Origin: the human T2T-CHM13v2.0 reference genome, Homo sapiens
NCBI RefSeq assembly: GCF_009914755.1
Contig: NC_060930.1
Strand: one strand, 5' to 3'
DNA length: 64,000 nucleotides
The notes under the pieces: generated by a model
The model's input: the letters and a program-made list of their open reading frames with translations, nothing else
The model's database searches: none
What the model was told of the DNA's origin: nothing
Made by a program: the position numbers and the translations under genes
Part shown: piece by piece, positions 57,937-64,000 of the stretch
How positions within the stretch are numbered: the first letter of the stretch is position 1
Layout: the number at the start of each line of letters is the position of its first letter

Positions 57937-60863
57937 CTAAGTAAGATCCATGACATTTTATTAAAACTCCCATGAACAATTTCCCCACGGAAGATGTGAT
58001 TATTGTATCTCTTTCTGTGTTCCTCCTCTCCATGTAAAACATTCTCAATATATACAAAAGGAATCATTTCAATAAAACAAATCGAAAGCCATGTTCAGAG
58101 GGTATATAGAAAACAGAAGAAGTCCCCTCATTAGTACAGAGCAGTTATCTTACAGATAATGAGGCAGGAGAAAGTCAGGGTAGAGGGCTGGGAGAAGGAT
58201 GTCTTGCTTAAACAAAAAAGGGAGTTTTGAAAAGCAATAGTTAAAAAAAAGAGCATCATTTAGGACATAGTTAAAAAAAGGTATTTGCCTGAGATTTTCT
58301 AAGGGACCATGTTCTGCTGTCCTTGAAACGTAGCTGTGAGCATCTTTGGAGAGAGATTCAGCGAGGCAACAAAACATATATTACAGCATGGTCAAAGAAT
58401 CTGTGCTCCTTGTTGTGAAGTGGAAAATCAATCAGTCAACAAGTATTCAAGTGGCTGCTATTGCTAAGCCTTGTCTTCCCAGTGTGAGGTCTGTAGAAGC
58501 AGAACAAGATCTCATCCTGTCCTTCAAGGAGCTGATGGTCTGGTTAGGAAGCCAGAGTAAACAGAGAAAAATAAAGCAAGGCTGAATATAAGTAAGTACT
58601 ATACTCGATAATGCAACTCATCCCCATTAGCAGAGATCAGAGAAGGGAGATACCAGACCACAAATCCTGGAGCAGCCTAAGCAGGCGTTTGGAAAGAGGG
58701 CAACAGAGGTTGCCCCTGAAGGAGGACAAAAACAAGACTCCAGATGGCAGCTGAAACACATGTGTCCAATGTTCTCTTTCCTGAAAACCCCCTACAGTCA
58801 GAGTGAGTATTTTGTTTGCTTGTTCTCTGGCATATTTTTTCCCCATAAATCTAAAAGGACAAGGGAACAGAAAAGAAAACAATGCCAACAATATGTTGGG
58901 AGCTAGAAGTCAAAAGAATACATGATAATTGACTTAGGAAATCTGGGGAAGCTGAATTCTAAACCAGTGGAGGATCTCCACCACCCACTTCAGAGCAACA
59001 GAAATCTCTGGAACTCTGGGTGAAGTAAGCTGGGGTGCTAAGTAAGGAGGGTTAGTGAAGAGCTGCTTAAAGGACAGTTAACCCACAGATGCCCCTCCTT
59101 ATTCCATACTGTCCCTTTTTCTTCCCGGGTAAAAGACTGAAAGTGTGTTCTCTGGAGAAGGTAAAACAGACAGAGGGGCACTGGACACAGCTGTGAGCTT
59201 GAGTGCTTGACTGAAAGCAAGGGATGAAATAACTGGATGCTCCCTGCATGCTGAATGTGGGGCCCCTGAGTCTTCTCTCCCTGGGGCAAGAAGTGCTGCA
59301 GTCAGGGCTCTAGTCTCCAGAGATGAGAGGGAAAAATATCTGAACACACCAATAAGACAGGCCTGACAATTTGACAGAAGGATTCTCTAACAAATAAATG
59401 GTCCATAGAGACCATCCTGCAGGAACTCTTAAAATTATCATGTTCCATCCACACACAGAGTTCCCTTTCAGCTGTTTAGTCCTCCATCCTAAACCTGAAT
59501 AGGCAACAAAAGATTTCAATATGCCTTTCGATGACATGAAAGATGGGGACTAACAGAAGCAAACAAATAAAAGCAAGCTGGAGGAAAACAGATTATACAG
59601 GAAAAGTAGAACTTTAAACAACAAAAAAAAAACCATTAATATACCCAGAAAGATATAAACGATAATGTATTCATTAAAAAAAATAAAAAATACTACAAAA
59701 AGGATCATTCGGAGAACCAAAGTGAGCTCCGGGAAAATTAAATACGTGAGAGCAGAAATGCCAATTCAGTACAAGAGTCTGGAGTTGAAATTGAGGACGT
59801 TTCTCAAAAAGCGGAGCAAAAAGACAAAGAAAGGTCTCTTGGTAAGACAGTTCAAGGGTTGAACCCGAGTATCTGACAAAAAGGAGTTCTCCAGAAAAGA
59901 AGACAGGTAAAATGCAGGAAAGAAATGTATTAAATAAATCATTAGAAAATTTTCCAGAACAGAAAGATGAGAGCTGCCAAATCAGAAGAGTCCCTTGAGC
60001 TCCCAGCCCAGTGGATAAAAATAGATCCTCCCCAAGGCATGTGATTGTGAAATTTCAGGACACTGGAAACCTTTGGGAATTAGAATGTTTTTAGATTCCT
60101 TAAGACAACACTGAGAGCTAGAAAACAATGAAGAAAAAGCCTTGAAACTCCAAAAGAATTCATATTCAACAAATGACCCTGAAGGATCACATAAAAACAG
60201 CAAAGCGATCAATAAAGTGTGAACATGGTATAAGAACATTTTCAGACATACATCTGGAAAAATACACTTATCATGTACCCTTTCTAAGAAAGGACATGCA
60301 CTAACGAAACAAGGAAGCAATGCAGTAAAGAGAAAGACTTGGGATTCAGAAGAGAGAAGATCCAACATAGGAAGAAATGAAGGGATTCTCAGGATGGTGG
60401 TGAAGGGAAATCCAAGAAGACAACTGTGCACCAGGTTTATGAGGCAAGAGAACTGCTCTGGATTGGAACAGCACAACTCAAGAGATGACTATATTGAGTG
60501 AGGTGTGTCTTCCCCATGCCCTCTGCTGTTATTGCCTTTTTAATCCAAGTTGGGTAGGCATGGAATTAGCACGTTCATTAGTTGCATTCCATTTATTCAA
60601 AGAAAAAAATCTAACTGGTTATTTCTTCATCTGTGACATTCAGTTATATTGGTCAAAAATTAGTAAAAATTATTACTTGTGATCATACATATCTCATAAT
60701 TCATATTAGAAATCCAAAGCAAGACATCACTACAGTTGCTCCAGTCTTTTTTGGAATCACACATACATTATAAGCCAAGAAAAAAAACAAAAAGATTTTT
60801 CATGGGGAGAAATGAGAAATCTCTTTAAAAAGCAGATGAAATTATGGTCAAGAAAAATGCACA

Positions 60864-61004
60864 GCCGGATGCGGTGGCTCACACCGGTAATCCCAACACT
60901 TTGGGAGGCTGAGATGGGAGAACTGCTTGAGCCCAGGAGTTCAAGACCAGACCAGCCTGGGCAACAAAGTGAGACCCTATCTCCATATTAAAATATATAT
61001 TTTT

Positions 61005-61066
<62 letters not shown>

Positions 61067-61083
61067 TTTTAAAAATAAATAAA
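60864..61083 (+). mobile_element. Alu left monomer (FLAM-like) with tail converted to (TA)n(CA)n
   Basis: Monomer 60864-~60985; 14-bp TSD aagaaaaatgcaca at 60850-60863 / 61084-61097. Confidence 0.88.
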
Positions 61084-61133
61084 AAGAAAAATGCACACTC
61101 ACAGTTTTGCAAACTATTTTGAGAGGTGTTCTT

Positions 61134-61136
<3 letters not shown>

Positions 61137-61170
<34 letters not shown>
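61137..61170. repeat. (CA)n microsatellite
   Basis: Direct reading. Confidence 0.93.
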
Positions 61171-61173
<3 letters not shown>

Positions 61174-62439
61174 TATATGTCAGATTATTCTCTATCGTCT
61201 ATCCATAGATTCCCGGGAAGTTCGCTGAAATTAAATCAGAGAATTCTATTAAAACACATACTTCTCACAATTACTTAGCTTATGAAACAGGAGATATTCT
61301 AACATCCCTCCCATTTCTTCTATCTGCATTTTCATGCCATCATGCCAGTTTGGGTTCTCATTCTTTCTCTCCAGTACAGCTACATGAAGCCTCATGATGG
61401 ATCTCCTGTTTCCTGACCCTGGTGCTGTCATGTAAACTAACCAGAAGCAAGATCTAGAACTGCCATTCATTTTTACCTGCAAACATCCCCTACAACTTTC
61501 CATGGCCAGGGATCTCCCAGCTGAGTCTAAACACCCAAGAGTGTGCAAGATGATTTACCAGGATGAAACACCACATCTTTCATTTATATTCAACCACATT
61601 AATTTTCAATTTTGGTTGTAGCATGTACACAAACAAAAATTGAAAATAAATTTGGCTGAATTTAATTGTGATTTATAACATAAATTGCTTATAATTTATA
61701 AATAAATAAAAATACATACACTTATGCTGCATATTTATTTCCTTTTTTTTTAGCTAATGAGGCATGCAACAAATAAAGTGTACAGGTAACTAGTTTATAG
61801 AATAAAGTCCAAAGTCACACATTCAACAGGCCCTACAAACTGCCTTAAATTTACATATCCAATCTTGTTTGTCCTCAGTCACTTTCATTTATCTTAAATT
61901 CAGCTAAAATAGAATTACCTGTGTTTTTCCCTAAGTGCTCAGAATTCTCTAACAATTTGTGCCTTTTTTCTTGCTGTCCTCTTTACCGTGATATCTTTCT
62001 TTCCTGTTGTTGTGTGTCCAAACTCTTAGGTTCAGTTCAAATTTCCCTCTACAAAGCTTCCCTAATCCTACCCCTGCTGGAGGCCAGAAGGGTCTGAGTA
62101 CCCATAATGCTTTGTCAGTACCACTCCCAGGACAGTTTGACTTTCTGCCCTATGTCATTGAGGTTCATATCTAATCTCATCATTGGGCAGAAAACTCCTT
62201 CAGGTCAGCATCTGCCATGGATACCTTTTCCCAGCTCACATTTCCTAGTTCTGTGCAGATGTAAGTAACAGAGTCAATGTCACCTGGTATGTTATTCAAA
62301 CCCAGTACTCAAAAACAAAAATACTACAAACAAAAGTGCCACTGTGAGCCATTAATCTTTCATAGAATATTCAAAATTTCATAGTAAGTCATATCTCCTC
62401 TATGCATTTTCTCTTCTAGGAAAAGGCAGCTATAAATAC

Positions 62440-62541
62440 CTCTATTTGTTCTGCTACGGGCTGTTCAAACACATTTGCCAGTTTTTGCAGAATGATGTAT
62501 TTGTTGTCAGCCAGTGATGTAAACAGCACTTTCAGATCATT
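62440..62541 (-). CDS. SYNE1: SYNE1 exon, 102 nt (NDLKVLFTSL...VAEQIE)
   Basis: ccttag|AAT...GAG|gtattt; phase 0-0. Confidence 0.93.
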
Positions 62542-63263
62542 CTAAGGAGGAAAGCAACGGGAAAACTCAAAATGTGTAACAGGGAATTCAAAATACTTGT
62601 AAATATAACACAGATTCTAAGAAATAACATAGAGGCACAGAAATTTAATTTCCAGGAGAAACAATACTGTGCTATGGGAAGGTAAAAGGAACTGGTAACA
62701 ATTTACTTATGTGCTAAAACTGACTCCTGAAGAATCTGTTACCCAAAGTATTTTCTACATAACACAAATGAAGTTGAACCATACATGTAAAAAGCAACGC
62801 TTGTCACCCTAATCTCATTACATCCGAAATAAATGAGCACAGTCAAACATTGCACAGAAATATTATATTAGTGGCTCTTATCTAGGGAAATAACCTATAG
62901 GTGTTATCCTGATTTGGGAAATAATATGATACTTAAGAATCATATGATTTCCATTTTGCTCTCTCCTCTTCTTCCCTCCCTCCATCAGTTTCTTCTTCTA
63001 TTTTTGGAAAATTTGCACAAGCTTTAAAAAAGCCATCCAGAAGTTTAGAAAATAAATATTATCCATGATGGCCAAAAACATGTGAAGAGACAACACAAAA
63101 AGATCTTGTTAGGTATTTTGTTCAAAAATATTACTCATTTAAATGTCCAAATATATTTATATTGAGTTAGATTTGTATAAAAAGGAGACAACTATCAGAA
63201 CTTTGGTACTTAATTCCACAGGGAATAATAAATTAGAAGAATATTTAAATTATAAAAAATTTT

Positions 63264-63544
63264 GGCCAGGTGCAGTGGTTCATCTCTGTAATACCAGAAT
63301 TTTGGGTGCCTGAGGCAGATCACTTGAGGCCAGGAGTTCAAGACCAGCCGGGGCAACACAGTGCACCCGGTCTCTACAAAAAGTTTAAAAAAAAAATAAG
63401 TGGACACAGTGGCATGCCTGTAGTCCTATCTACTTGGGAGGCTGAAGTGGAAGGATCCCTTGAGTTCAGGAGTTTGAGGTTGAAGTGAGCTATGATCACG
63501 CCACTACATGCCAGCCTGGGTGACTTTATCTCAAAAAAAAAAAA
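63264..63544 (+). mobile_element. AluJ-like
   Basis: Diverged full Alu with A-tail. Confidence 0.9.
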
Positions 63545-64000
63545 TTACCAAAAAAATGTATTTTTTTCTCTAAAATATCAACAAATAAGTTCTATTTCAT
63601 AATAGTCAGCAAAAATATATTTGTCAGAGGTTAAAGCTCAACTCAGGACCTCTTTACCAGGGCCTGATCACGCACATCACCAACATGCAAACATTCTGAC
63701 TGTCTAATGAGTGGAAGGATAATCGTACCAAGGAAGAAAAACATCTATAAGAACATGTGAAGGCTTTATAATGTAAATTCAGGTCTAAAAAGCAAAATAA
63801 TGGGTGCATTATGCAGTAAAAATTATAAAATTGAAAATATAGCGCTGAACATGAGAACTAGAATAGTTGCCACTAACCAAAACTCAAAGCAATCTGCAAG
63901 TCTAGTGGCTAACTAAATAGGAAATTATAATAACAGCCCTGGAAAAATCCTAGAAACAATAGTTTTACATATGAGTTACTAGGTCTGTATCATTCAACTG

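Noticed and set aside
59982-60476. 164-aa minus-strand ORF
   Set aside because: Antisense reading of a purine-rich, probably ancient L1/HAL1-like relic; Leu/Phe/Ser/Cys-rich; not needed in the spliced SYNE1 frame

Overview
Primate (human-like) genomic DNA lying entirely inside SYNE1 (nesprin-1), which is transcribed on the minus strand. I traced 24 GT-AG exons (62541 down to 2522) that splice into one stop-free frame of 3831 nt / 1277 aa, from NDLKVLFTSL to QRQWEELCHQ. This is part of the spectrin-repeat rod; the start and stop codons lie outside the window. Introns carry about 26 Alus or Alu fragments, MIR/L2/L1 relics, a MaLR LTR, an ERV1-type solo LTR and a MER30. A ~9.5-kb nested structure consists of a full-length Tigger1 holding a tailless 5S rRNA retropseudogene and an internally deleted L1MA, which itself holds four Alus. 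Most ORFs in the supplied track are Alu/L1/Tigger artefacts. I cannot support a wholly new biological system. The strongest oddity is a 207-bp unique intronic segment (55009-55215) copied at ~89% identity without indels into the 3' end of an Alu 1.7 kb away (53311-53517), bounded by TGGAGA repeats. Repeat subfamily calls and protein numbering come from recall of consensus sequences and need RepeatMasker/BLAST confirmation.
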